This document shows, piece by piece, positions 54,322-63,019 of a stretch of DNA of 64,000 nucleotides (positions are counted from its first letter, which is position 1; each line of letters starts with the position of its first letter). The stretch is from Dehalococcoidia bacterium (lineage in GTDB: Bacteria; Chloroflexota; Dehalococcoidia; UBA2979). The notes below the pieces were generated by a model, which did not search any database, was not told where the DNA came from, and saw nothing but the letters and a program-made list of their open reading frames with translations. Where the stretch lies: NCBI GenBank assembly GCA_028279505.1, contig JANQNP010000042.1, positions 93 to 64,092 of the forward strand, written 5' to 3'. The translations under genes and the position numbers were made by a program.

Positions 54322-55170
54322 TCAGTCCGGTTGCTTTGCCATCCAGCGCATCTGCTGACGCGCAACGGCCACTCGATCGCCTGCGGCGTTCGTGACCTCG
54401 AACTCGTTGGTGTAGTGCGCCGATCGCGCGGAGAACCCGTTCGCCACAAGCGTCCCCGTGATCGTGTGCTCCTCGCCGGCCATCAGCGGCGCGAACTGCT
54501 GTAGCTGGAACGTCCCCTTCATCGGGGCAACGATCTCTGGCCGCGCTCGGTAGCCGCCTTCCGGCTCGCCGCCACCGCCGAGCAGCATGCACATGAAGCT
54601 GGGCGCGATCGGACCGCCCCACGGCGAGGCCGCCGTGTACCAGGGGCTCCCGTCGCCGACCATCGCGCGGCGCGACTCGCTGTCCTCGATCGTGACCGTC
54701 CGCCTGTACGCCGGATACGACGTGCCGATGGGTACCTCGGGGAGCGGGTCGCCAGCGTCCGAGGTGGGGCGCCGCTCGCCCTCGCGCTGCCACGGCCGCA
54801 GTGCGGTCGCGGGGTCGGTGGCGAGGCCGGCGTAGCCGGCCGTGACCTGTGTCCCGTCGCGCTTCTCGAGGGCGACGTTGACGAGGGCTTCGTCGCCCTC
54901 GTGCGACTCGAGTGGCTCGAGGAGCACCTGGAACTCGTCGACCTCGTACAGCGGCGCGATCGCCGCCTGCTTGAAGAAGCCGCGCTCGTACCAATCGCGG
55001 CCGAACCGGTCGACGAGCCGCTCGAACGCGAAGGCACTCGCGTTGGTGGCACTCACGAGCGCGGCCTTGAAGCCGAGTTCCTTCGCCTGATCCGCATCGT
55101 GGATCGAACCGACGTCATCCGCGTGGAGATTGATCGCCCTCCGCCATTGCGCGGCACTTGCCGAGGTCAT
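54322..55170 (-). CDS. Conserved 282-aa protein, probable MaoC-like (hotdog-fold) hydratase/dehydratase, tandem paralog B
   Basis: MTSASAAQWRRAINLHADDVGSIHDADQAKELGFKAALVSA. Colinear with paralog A over its full length. Confidence 0.45.
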   Translation of the reverse strand: MTSASAAQWRRAINLHADDVGSIHDADQAKELGFKAALVSATNASAFAFERLVDRFGRDWYERGFFKQAAIAPLYEVDEFQVLLEPLESHEGDEALVNVALEKRDGTQVTAGYAGLATDPATALRPWQREGERRPTSDAGDPLPEVPIGTSYPAYRRTVTIEDSESRRAMVGDGSPWYTAASPWGGPIAPSFMCMLLGGGGEPEGGYRARPEIVAPMKGTFQLQQFAPLMAGEEHTITGTLVANGFSARSAHYTNEFEVTNAAGDRVAVARQQMRWMAKQPD

Positions 55171-55231
55171 CGATCGCTCCCTTCCCCCGACCTACGGTCG
55201 GGACGCTCGACCGTGCATCGCTCCAGCGTCG

Positions 55232-56056
55232 TCACGGTCGACTCGCCAATCCTCGAGTCAGATCGAAGTTGCGCCGCGCTCGATCGATCGGGGCAATGCG
55301 TCGCTGCCCCGAGGAGAGCTGCGCACCCTGTGACCCGGCGCCGTCCGAGGGCTGCAGGCTGTGCGCAGCGATCACGTGGTTCGTGTAGCCCTGCTCGTCC
55401 TGGGCCTGGTTGATCGCGAGCTTCGTGAAGCGGAGCGAGAACGGATCGCTCTCCGCGACTCGCGCCGCGTACTCCATCGTCGCGTCGTCGAGCTCGTCCC
55501 GGTCAAAGACGCGGCTCACGAACCCGGCCTGCTGGGCCTCGCGCGCCTCGATGAACCGAGGCTCGAACAGGATCTCCTTCGCCTTGCGGATGCCGACGTC
55601 CCAGGGCACCGAGAAGTACTGGAACTTCGAGCCGAGGAAGCGCGCATCGCTGGAGGCGAAGATGAGGTCCATGGTGGTGGCCACCATCCAGCCACCGAAG
55701 ATGCAGTACCCCTGCACCGCCGCGATGGTTGGCATCGGCAGGTTCCGCCAGCGCAACCCCGGCTCGATGTACAGCTCCCAGCTGCGGTGGAAGCGGCCCC
55801 GCGCGCCGGGCGGGTACGGACGCGCCTCGTCGTCCTGCAGCTTCTCGGGTGTGCCGAGGTCGTGACCGGCAGAGAAGTGGTCGCCCTCGGCTCTCAGCAC
55901 GATCACTCGCAGTTCCGGATCGTCCACCGCCCGCGAGAAGGCGTGGTCGAGCTCTTCGATGCAGATCCGGCCGATCGGGTTGCGGTAACGCGGTCGGTTC
56001 AGGCTGATCCGAGCGACGGCGCCGACCGGCTCGTAGGTGATCTGGGTGTAGTCCAT
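55232..56056 (-). CDS. Enoyl-CoA hydratase/isomerase (crotonase) family protein
   Basis: N-terminal VARISLNRP, oxyanion region (LRAEGDHFSAGHDL), 274 aa. Confidence 0.75.
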   Translation of the reverse strand: MDYTQITYEPVGAVARISLNRPRYRNPIGRICIEELDHAFSRAVDDPELRVIVLRAEGDHFSAGHDLGTPEKLQDDEARPYPPGARGRFHRSWELYIEPGLRWRNLPMPTIAAVQGYCIFGGWMVATTMDLIFASSDARFLGSKFQYFSVPWDVGIRKAKEILFEPRFIEAREAQQAGFVSRVFDRDELDDATMEYAARVAESDPFSLRFTKLAINQAQDEQGYTNHVIAAHSLQPSDGAGSQGAQLSSGQRRIAPIDRARRNFDLTRGLASRP

Positions 56057-56080
56057 ACGTCTCTCCGCGGGGCAGTCGCC

Positions 56081-57328
56081 CTAGTCGGGCGGCCCCATCC
56101 CGGTGATCGCCCGCGCCTCGAGGTCCGCGTACTGCGCGTCGTCCACGCCGAGGAACTCCCGTAGGACTTCGCGCGAGTGTTCGCCGTGCAGCGGGGATGG
56201 TCCGGTCACCTCCATCGGGGTCTGCGAGAAGCGGTACGGCACCGCGGCCTGGCGCCACGGGCCGGCCTCGGAGTGGGCGACTTCCTGGATCACGCCGCGC
56301 TCGGCGAAGACCAGATCATGTGCGACGCCGATCGCATCGAGGACGGGCGCGGCGATCACACCCGCGCCGCCCAGCCACTCCGCGAGGGCGTCGCGATCGT
56401 GCTGGGCGGTCCACTCGGCGATCGCCTCGTCGAGCGCTACCTCGTTGGCGCGACGCGCCTCGTTCGAGGTGAAGCGACCGTCGTCCTCCCAGCCGCGCCC
56501 GGCGATCGCGCACAGCGCCGACCACTGGCTCTCGTCCTCGGTGGCGATCGCGATCCAACGTTCTTCGCCTCGCGCCGGGTAGATGCCGTGCGGGGCGAAG
56601 CTGAGGCTGCGGTTGCCAAGTCGTGGCCGGAGCGCCCCCGTCAGCGCGTACTGCAACGTGGCGTCGCCGACCAACGTGTGGTTCGACTCCATCATCGAGA
56701 CGTCGACGAACTGCCCCTCGCCGGTGCGGAGCCGGTGGAACAGCGCCGTCACGATCGCTGCGAAGCCGTAGTAGCCAGAGACTGGGTCGGGGTACATCGC
56801 CCCCGAGTTCAGCGGCTGCCCATCCTCGTAGCCGAGCAGCGCAGACATGCCGGCCGCCGGCTCGACTGTGCCGCCGATCCCGATGAACCGCTCGTACGGA
56901 CCGCTGGCACCGAAGGCCGAGATGCTGCAAGCGATCACGTCGGGCCGGATTTCGCGGAGCGCCTCGTATCCGAGGCCGAGGCGGTCCATCACGCCGGGCG
57001 CGAAGTTGTCGACCACGATGTCGGCGGATGGGACGAGGCCGCGGAACAGTTCGACGCCCTCGTCTGCCTTGAGATCGAGCGTGATCGCTCGCTTGTTCAG
57101 ATTGACCGAGTTGTAGAAGCCGCTGCAGTTCCAGGCGTTCCGTGCGCTCGTCACGGACTGCAACGCATCCGGAACGGGGCTATCGAAGCCCATGCGCCAG
57201 ACGTCGGGTCGCTGGCGAGCCTCGACCTGGATCACCTCGGCGCCGGATAGCGCGAGCAACTCGGTCGCGAAGGTGCCGGACCAGGCCTGCGTGGCCGCAA
57301 GCACGCGAACGCCGTCGAGCGCGGTCAT
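56081..57328 (-). CDS. Family III CoA-transferase (CaiB/BaiF-like)
   Basis: N-terminal LDGVRVLAATQAWSGTFATELLALSGAEVIQVE and central SAFGASGPY-type region. ATGA overlap with the upstream gene. Confidence 0.8.
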   Translation of the reverse strand: MTALDGVRVLAATQAWSGTFATELLALSGAEVIQVEARQRPDVWRMGFDSPVPDALQSVTSARNAWNCSGFYNSVNLNKRAITLDLKADEGVELFRGLVPSADIVVDNFAPGVMDRLGLGYEALREIRPDVIACSISAFGASGPYERFIGIGGTVEPAAGMSALLGYEDGQPLNSGAMYPDPVSGYYGFAAIVTALFHRLRTGEGQFVDVSMMESNHTLVGDATLQYALTGALRPRLGNRSLSFAPHGIYPARGEERWIAIATEDESQWSALCAIAGRGWEDDGRFTSNEARRANEVALDEAIAEWTAQHDRDALAEWLGGAGVIAAPVLDAIGVAHDLVFAERGVIQEVAHSEAGPWRQAAVPYRFSQTPMEVTGPSPLHGEHSREVLREFLGVDDAQYADLEARAITGMGPPD

Positions 57329-58497
57329 GCGGTCTCCCCGCTCGCAACACCCCGCTGGAGCAGCTGGCGGTCGCGACCCAGCAGTCGCGTCAGCGCCTCG
57401 TCGCTGTGCTCGCCGATCTCCGGTGCGGTGGTGCGCAGCTCCGCGGGCGTCGCGCTGAGGCTGAACGGCGAACCCGGGAACGCGACATCGCCGCCCTCGG
57501 CTGGCGGCCGGAACCAGTCGCGCGCCTGCATCTGCTGGTTCTCCATCAGCGCGGCGGCGTCCAGCACCGGCCCCACCGTGATGTGCAGCGGAGAGAGCAG
57601 GTCGAAGACCTCCTCGGGATCGAGTTCGGCCAGGCGCTCATTGAGCGCTCGCATCACTTCCGGATCTGCCGAGGCACGCGCGGGCGCGTCAGCGGAAATG
57701 CTCGAGGCGAGATCGTCGAGTCCGACGGCTCGCAGCGCGCCCGCCAGCCGCGCGCCACGGTTCAGACCAGCGGTGACATAGCCGTCCCGCACCCGGCCGG
57801 GGTACGTGGAAGACATCTGGGACTCGCTGTTGCGCCGAGGGAGCTCACCCTCGTACTGGGCGCGCAGCATGCTGCGGCTGAAGATCGTGGCCATCGAATC
57901 GGCCTCGGCGATGTCGATGTGCTGACCGCGGCCCGTCAGCTCTCGGTGGCAGAGCGCGGTGATCACCGCCCCGTAGGCAGACGTCCCCGCGGTGAACGAC
58001 GCCGTGTAACCGCTGCCCTTGAGCGGCTCGCGGTCGGCGCGCCCGTTCACCGACGCCCAGCCGGACCACGCGTACGCAGTGAGGTCATTGCCCGGCAGGT
58101 CCGACCTCGGACCGGTCTCCCCGTTCGCCGTCACGCTGATCGAGACGAGCTCCGGCCTCGAGGCGTGCACCCGATCAAGGTCCAGACCGCGCTCGGCGAA
58201 CGCCGACCAGCCGGAGTGCACGACCACGTCGACCGCCTCGAGGAGTTCGCCGATCACCCGCGCGGACTCCGGTTCGTCGAGGTCCAGCGCGATCGACTGC
58301 TTGTTCGCGAGCACATAGGTCGCGGCGATCGAGCGCTCGCGCTCATCGAAGGGCGCGAACTGTCGAATCCTTAGACCCTCGAGCGGCTCTACCAGCACGA
58401 TGTCCGCGCCGTTGTCGGCCAGCAGCCGCGTGCACCACGCGGCCGCCATCGAATCGGACAGATCGAGGACCGACACGCCGTCGAGCGCGCGCGTCAC
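57325..58497 (-). CDS. Family III CoA-transferase (CaiB/BaiF-like)
   Basis: GTG 58497 overlaps the upstream TGA (GTGA). Sequence LDGVSVLDLSDSMAAAWCTRLLADNGADIVLVE. Confidence 0.75.
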   Translation of the reverse strand: MTRALDGVSVLDLSDSMAAAWCTRLLADNGADIVLVEPLEGLRIRQFAPFDERERSIAATYVLANKQSIALDLDEPESARVIGELLEAVDVVVHSGWSAFAERGLDLDRVHASRPELVSISVTANGETGPRSDLPGNDLTAYAWSGWASVNGRADREPLKGSGYTASFTAGTSAYGAVITALCHRELTGRGQHIDIAEADSMATIFSRSMLRAQYEGELPRRNSESQMSSTYPGRVRDGYVTAGLNRGARLAGALRAVGLDDLASSISADAPARASADPEVMRALNERLAELDPEEVFDLLSPLHITVGPVLDAAALMENQQMQARDWFRPPAEGGDVAFPGSPFSLSATPAELRTTAPEIGEHSDEALTRLLGRDRQLLQRGVASGETA

Positions 58498-59654
58498 GAT
58501 CGGTCCGCTTCGGGGTGCCCAGATCCGCGCTGCGCGGTCGTGGCCGCATCCTCGTCGTCGCCCGCCTCCCTCGAGGGCTGATCCCACTCCTCGCGTCGAC
58601 CCGCGAACGTGAACGGAAGGCCGGGACAGGGCACGGTGCGACCGTCCTCCAGCCGCATCCGGCCGAAGAAGTCGCGGCTGCGCAGCTGGGGGCTCTCGAG
58701 CACGCTCAGCGCGTCATCAATCGGCGCGAAGGTGTAGCCGCGTTCGGCGGCGTCCGCGAACCACTCGTAGCGCCCACGTTGCTGTACCGCCGCCTCGAAG
58801 TGCGGGCGGATCTCCTCCCAGTGCTCGACCCGGTACTCCACGTCGCTCCAATCGCCGCCGACGAAGTCCAGCAGTCCAAGGAAGATCGCGAGCGACTCCC
58901 AGTCCGCACCGATTGCCAGCAAGAAGAGCCATCCGTCCGCCGACGGGACGGTGTGGGGGAAGCCCTGGAGGCCAAGCCGGCCGCTGGCGCGCGGCGTTTC
59001 CTGGCCCGTGTACGCGTAGCGGCCGACTTCGCGCGTCCAGTGAGACGCGACCACCTCCTGGATCGAGATATCGAGGTGGACGGCACCGCTGGCGTTCGCG
59101 TGCACGCCTCGGACGGCGGCAAGCGTCTGCATAGCGGCGGCGACACCGGCAACGTGCGACGCCTGACTACCCGCCAGCCGCGTCGGCGGGCCGTCGCTGC
59201 GGCCGCTGGCGGCAACGAGCCCACCCATCGCCTGCACCACCAGCTCGCTCGACTTCCAGCCGGCACGCGGGCCGCTGCTCCCGAAAGGCGAGACGGAGGT
59301 GATCACGAGCCGTGGGTTGGCCGCGCGCAGCCCCGCGAGGTCGAGCCCCAAGGCACTCAGCCCATCGCCGCCGACGCCTTCGACGACGGCATCGGCATCG
59401 CGAACGACCTCGAGCAGCCGGGCACGACCGCGGTCTTGTCCGAGGTCGATGTGTTCGATCCGCTTCCCGCGATGGAGGTACTCGAACTGCGCGTCGTCGA
59501 GGGTGGCCGCCCGCGCACGGAGTGCGGACCCACTGGGCGGCTCGACCACCGTCACGGTCGCGCTCATCAGCTGCAGGAACTGGGTCGCGAACGCGGCCGC
59601 CACCTCGCCGCCGCTCGCCTCCGCGCTCTGGAGCTCGACGACGCGGAGCATCAC
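58494..59654 (-). CDS. Family III CoA-transferase-like protein
   Basis: Start overlaps the upstream stop. CaiB/BaiF-like core (ITSVSPFGSSGPRAGW). Confidence 0.7.
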   Translation of the reverse strand: MMLRVVELQSAEASGGEVAAAFATQFLQLMSATVTVVEPPSGSALRARAATLDDAQFEYLHRGKRIEHIDLGQDRGRARLLEVVRDADAVVEGVGGDGLSALGLDLAGLRAANPRLVITSVSPFGSSGPRAGWKSSELVVQAMGGLVAASGRSDGPPTRLAGSQASHVAGVAAAMQTLAAVRGVHANASGAVHLDISIQEVVASHWTREVGRYAYTGQETPRASGRLGLQGFPHTVPSADGWLFLLAIGADWESLAIFLGLLDFVGGDWSDVEYRVEHWEEIRPHFEAAVQQRGRYEWFADAAERGYTFAPIDDALSVLESPQLRSRDFFGRMRLEDGRTVPCPGLPFTFAGRREEWDQPSREAGDDEDAATTAQRGSGHPEADRS

Positions 59655-60958
59655 TCGGCCGCCCGTTCACCGAGCCCGAGCCGCCGCGCGAACTCCGGCT
59701 CGCGCGCCGCGTCGCGCCCCCCAAACCACGAGGGCTTGGGCGCATCCGCGGCGAGGACCGGCACCAGCTCGCCCACCGCACCCTCGGCACGCAACGCCTC
59801 GATCTGCTGGTGGCTGAGCCCCAGCCACCGCTCGAGCACCTGCTCCGCTGGAGACCCGTCCGGGTTGTGGTCGGACAGCGCCGCGCGGTCGAAGCCCTCG
59901 GCCCGCCCGGGGACCGTCATGTGCGGGTGGCGCCCGTACCCCTCGAGCGGCTGCGCGTGATCGACGTACTGGAAGAAGCCGCGTGCGCGATGGTGCTCGT
60001 CGCTGGCGACCTCGGACGACTTGAGGACGGGGCCGGCCGCGATGCCGCGCGCTTGCAGCGCCTCGGCGGCCTCGTGCTTCGACCGGCTCGAGGTCCACTC
60101 GGTGATCTCGCCGTCGATCAGCTCGTGGTCCCGACGGCGCACCTCGACGTCTCGGTACGACTCGTCAGCCAGGCTCGGCGCGGCGATCAAGTCGACGAGC
60201 GCGGCCCACTCCGAGGTCGTTGCGACGGTGATCGCGACCCACTCGTCGTCACCGAGACAGGGGTAGATGCCCTGCGGGGCGAGGAGCTCGTCGCGGCTAC
60301 CGAGGCGCGCGGGCGCCTCCCCGTCGCGAGCCGCCCTGAGTACGGCGTCCCCAACCCCGGAGACGATCGTCTCGTACATCGAGAGGTCGATGTACTGGCC
60401 CTCGCCGGTGGCGTCTCGCTGGACCAGCGCGCCGCAGATCGCGAGCGCGGCGTAGCGGCCACCGAGGGTGTCCGCGAACACGCTGCCCCCGACCCGCAAC
60501 GGCGGCTCGTTCGCCGTCCCCATCTTGGCGTTCATCCCGCCGGCGGCCTCGACACTCGGACCGTACGCCGGGAAATCCTGCCAGGGCCCCGGCGTCCCAT
60601 AGCCAGACAGCTGGAGCACGATCAGGTCCGACTTCAGCGCCCGCAGCGTCTCGTAGTCCAGCCCCAAACGAGGCATCACGCTCGGCCGGAAGTTGCTGCA
60701 GACGACGTCCGCCACCGAGGCCAGCTGCTTCGCCAGATCCAGCGACCGCGGCTCCTTCAGGTCGAGGCGGATCGACTGCTTGTTGATCAACGTGCTGTCG
60801 AACAGTCGCAAGTGCTGGTTGTAGGTCCCCGGCCGCTCGGCGACGCGGACGACGTCCGCCCCCAGGTCGGCCAGCGCGCGCGTCGCCGCCGGCAGCGACG
60901 CCGCCGCTTCGAAGGAGAGGATCCGCACGCCCTCGAGCGGTCGGAACTGCGGCATCAT
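59651..60958 (-). CDS. Family III CoA-transferase (CaiB/BaiF-like)
   Basis: ATG 60958 (MMPQFRPLEGVRILSFEAAASLPAATRALADLGADVVRVE). An alternative GTG lies at 60985. Confidence 0.7.
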   Translation of the reverse strand: MMPQFRPLEGVRILSFEAAASLPAATRALADLGADVVRVAERPGTYNQHLRLFDSTLINKQSIRLDLKEPRSLDLAKQLASVADVVCSNFRPSVMPRLGLDYETLRALKSDLIVLQLSGYGTPGPWQDFPAYGPSVEAAGGMNAKMGTANEPPLRVGGSVFADTLGGRYAALAICGALVQRDATGEGQYIDLSMYETIVSGVGDAVLRAARDGEAPARLGSRDELLAPQGIYPCLGDDEWVAITVATTSEWAALVDLIAAPSLADESYRDVEVRRRDHELIDGEITEWTSSRSKHEAAEALQARGIAAGPVLKSSEVASDEHHRARGFFQYVDHAQPLEGYGRHPHMTVPGRAEGFDRAALSDHNPDGSPAEQVLERWLGLSHQQIEALRAEGAVGELVPVLAADAPKPSWFGGRDAAREPEFARRLGLGERAAE

Positions 60959-60989
60959 CGGCCGCCCGACCTGAGTACTAGGCACGCCG

Positions 60990-61883
60990 TCATCGCCGCA
61001 CCACCCCTCGGAGGCGGGGATCGGTCAGGTCGCGGATGCGGTCGCCGAGGAGGTTCACCGACATCACGAACAGCACGAGCGGGATGCCCGGAATCAACGC
61101 GCCCCACGGGCTCTGACGGATCACCTGGAACCCATCCGCGATGATGATTCCCCATGTCGCCGTCGGTGGCTGCACACCGATCCCGAGGAAGCTGAGCCCC
61201 GCTTCCGACAGGACCGCGACGCCGGTGAAGAGCGAGGCCTGAACGAGCACCGGTTGGTACCCGTTGGGCAGGATGTGCCGCAGCATAATCCGACCCGGCG
61301 ACGCGCCGAGAGCTCGCGCCGCCGTGACGTAGTCCTCCTCTTTCAGTGACAGGGTCTGGCCGCGGATCAGGCGGGCGTACAGAGGGAATGCGCCCAGCCC
61401 GATCGCGACCATGATGTTGAAGACCCCACCACCGATGATGGTGATGATTGCGAGGATCAAGATGAGGTTCGGGAACGCGATCCACGCGTCGACGAACCTC
61501 ATGATCGCGTCGTCGACGATGCCGCCCGCGTAGCCCGCCAGGATGCCGAGCGGAACACCAAACAGCACCGCGAGCCCGGCTGCGGTCACGCCGATCAGCA
61601 CCGAGGTACGCGCGCCGTACACCACCCGACTGAAGATGTCGCGCCCGAGGCGATCGGTACCAAACGGGTGCGAGAACGACGGATCTTGCAGCGACTCCGT
61701 CGGGTTGAGCTCGTTCTCGCCGTACGGCGCGATCAGCGGACCGAACACCGCGAACACGAGAATCACCGCGAGGACCGCGCCCCCGAGCAGCGCCTTCGGG
61801 TCCGCGAGGAATACTCGCGCGGCGTCCAACCGCCGCCGGGTCGGGGCCGCACTCTCGAACCTGACTGCCGCGACGTCGGCCAT
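60990..61883 (-). CDS. ABC transporter permease (DppC/OppC-like)
   Basis: ATG 61883 is 2 nt after the upstream TAG. Permease core with N-terminal helix (LGGAVLAVILVFAVFGPLIAPYG). Confidence 0.8.
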   Translation of the reverse strand: MADVAAVRFESAAPTRRRLDAARVFLADPKALLGGAVLAVILVFAVFGPLIAPYGENELNPTESLQDPSFSHPFGTDRLGRDIFSRVVYGARTSVLIGVTAAGLAVLFGVPLGILAGYAGGIVDDAIMRFVDAWIAFPNLILILAIITIIGGGVFNIMVAIGLGAFPLYARLIRGQTLSLKEEDYVTAARALGASPGRIMLRHILPNGYQPVLVQASLFTGVAVLSEAGLSFLGIGVQPPTATWGIIIADGFQVIRQSPWGALIPGIPLVLFVMSVNLLGDRIRDLTDPRLRGVVRR

Positions 61884-61885
61884 GG

Positions 61886-62848
61886 CTACGAGTACCGGAT
61901 ACGCGGGTCGAGCCACGCGTAGAGCATGTCTGCTATGAGGTTGGCAACGACGATCGCGAGCGCCGACATCATCACGACGGCCTGGACGACCTGGAAGTCG
62001 CGATTCTGTGTCGCATCGAGGGCCATCCGCCCAATCCCAGGAAGGCCGAAGATGCGCTCGATGAGCACACTCCCGCTGAGCAGCGCGGCGATCTGGAACC
62101 CGAGCAAGGTCATCACCGGCAACAGGGCGACCTTCAACATGTGGCGCCGGATGATGACCGACTCGCGCAGGCCCTTCGAGCGGGCAGTGGTCACGTAGTC
62201 CTGTCGCAGCACCTCGATCAGTCCCGACCGGGTCTGTCTCAGGATCGACGCCGACCCAAACACGCCGAGGGCGAAGACCGGCAGGATCAGATGTTTGATG
62301 CCGTTTCCGAAGTCATCGAGGGGATCCACCCAGCCCGATGACGGGAGCCAGCCGAGCCATAACGTGAACACGATGATCGAGAGGATTCCGACCCAGAAGC
62401 CGGGCGTCGCGACGCCGATCACCGCGACTAACGTCGCTATCAGGTCGATCTTGGTCCCGTGGTAGAGGCCGGCGATCACTCCTAGCCCGACACCGAGGGC
62501 GACGTTCGTCACGAAGGTGATGCTGTTGAGCCACAGGGTGACCGGGAGCCGGTCCTTGAACATCTCCGTCACCGGCTGACGGGTGATCCGCGAGCGGCCG
62601 AGGTCGCCCTGCGCGAGTCTGCCGAGGTAGCGGACGTAGCGCTCGGTGATCGGACCATCCAAGCCGGCCTGCTTGAGCAGGGCTTCGTACTGCTCGTCGG
62701 TCAGTTGTCCGACCTCGGCTCCGGGCCCAAGCACCAGTTCGATCGGGTCGTCAACCGGTACGAGCTCGAGGCCGAAAAACGACAGCGCAGACACGAAGAA
62801 CAGCACGGGGATCAGTGAGAGAACGCGCCGTATCAGGAATCGGTGCAT
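61886..62848 (-). CDS. ABC transporter permease (DppB/OppB-like)
   Basis: MHRFLIRRVLSLIPVLFFVSALSFFGLELVP plus permease core. Confidence 0.8.
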   Translation of the reverse strand: MHRFLIRRVLSLIPVLFFVSALSFFGLELVPVDDPIELVLGPGAEVGQLTDEQYEALLKQAGLDGPITERYVRYLGRLAQGDLGRSRITRQPVTEMFKDRLPVTLWLNSITFVTNVALGVGLGVIAGLYHGTKIDLIATLVAVIGVATPGFWVGILSIIVFTLWLGWLPSSGWVDPLDDFGNGIKHLILPVFALGVFGSASILRQTRSGLIEVLRQDYVTTARSKGLRESVIIRRHMLKVALLPVMTLLGFQIAALLSGSVLIERIFGLPGIGRMALDATQNRDFQVVQAVVMMSALAIVVANLIADMLYAWLDPRIRYS

Positions 62849-63019
62849 GTCACTCCAACTGACTCACTTCGTGTTCTCGAACTGCTCGACGGACGGTTCA
62901 CGGAACTGCGTCCCTAAGGCGACAACGTCGCTCACCGAGGGCGGTGGCTGCTGGTCCGAGTAGCGGGCGATGCCCACGTGGCGATCTGCGCGCCCGCTAT
63001 CTCGGATCGGTCGCCGCGA

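Noticed and set aside
62953-62987. Nested inverted repeat GCGGGCG...CCACGTGG...CGCCCGC downstream of the SBP gene at the window end
   Set aside because: There is no adjacent U-tract on the relevant strand and the loop is long. It could be a weak structure or a protein-binding palindrome, but evidence is insufficient to call a terminator.
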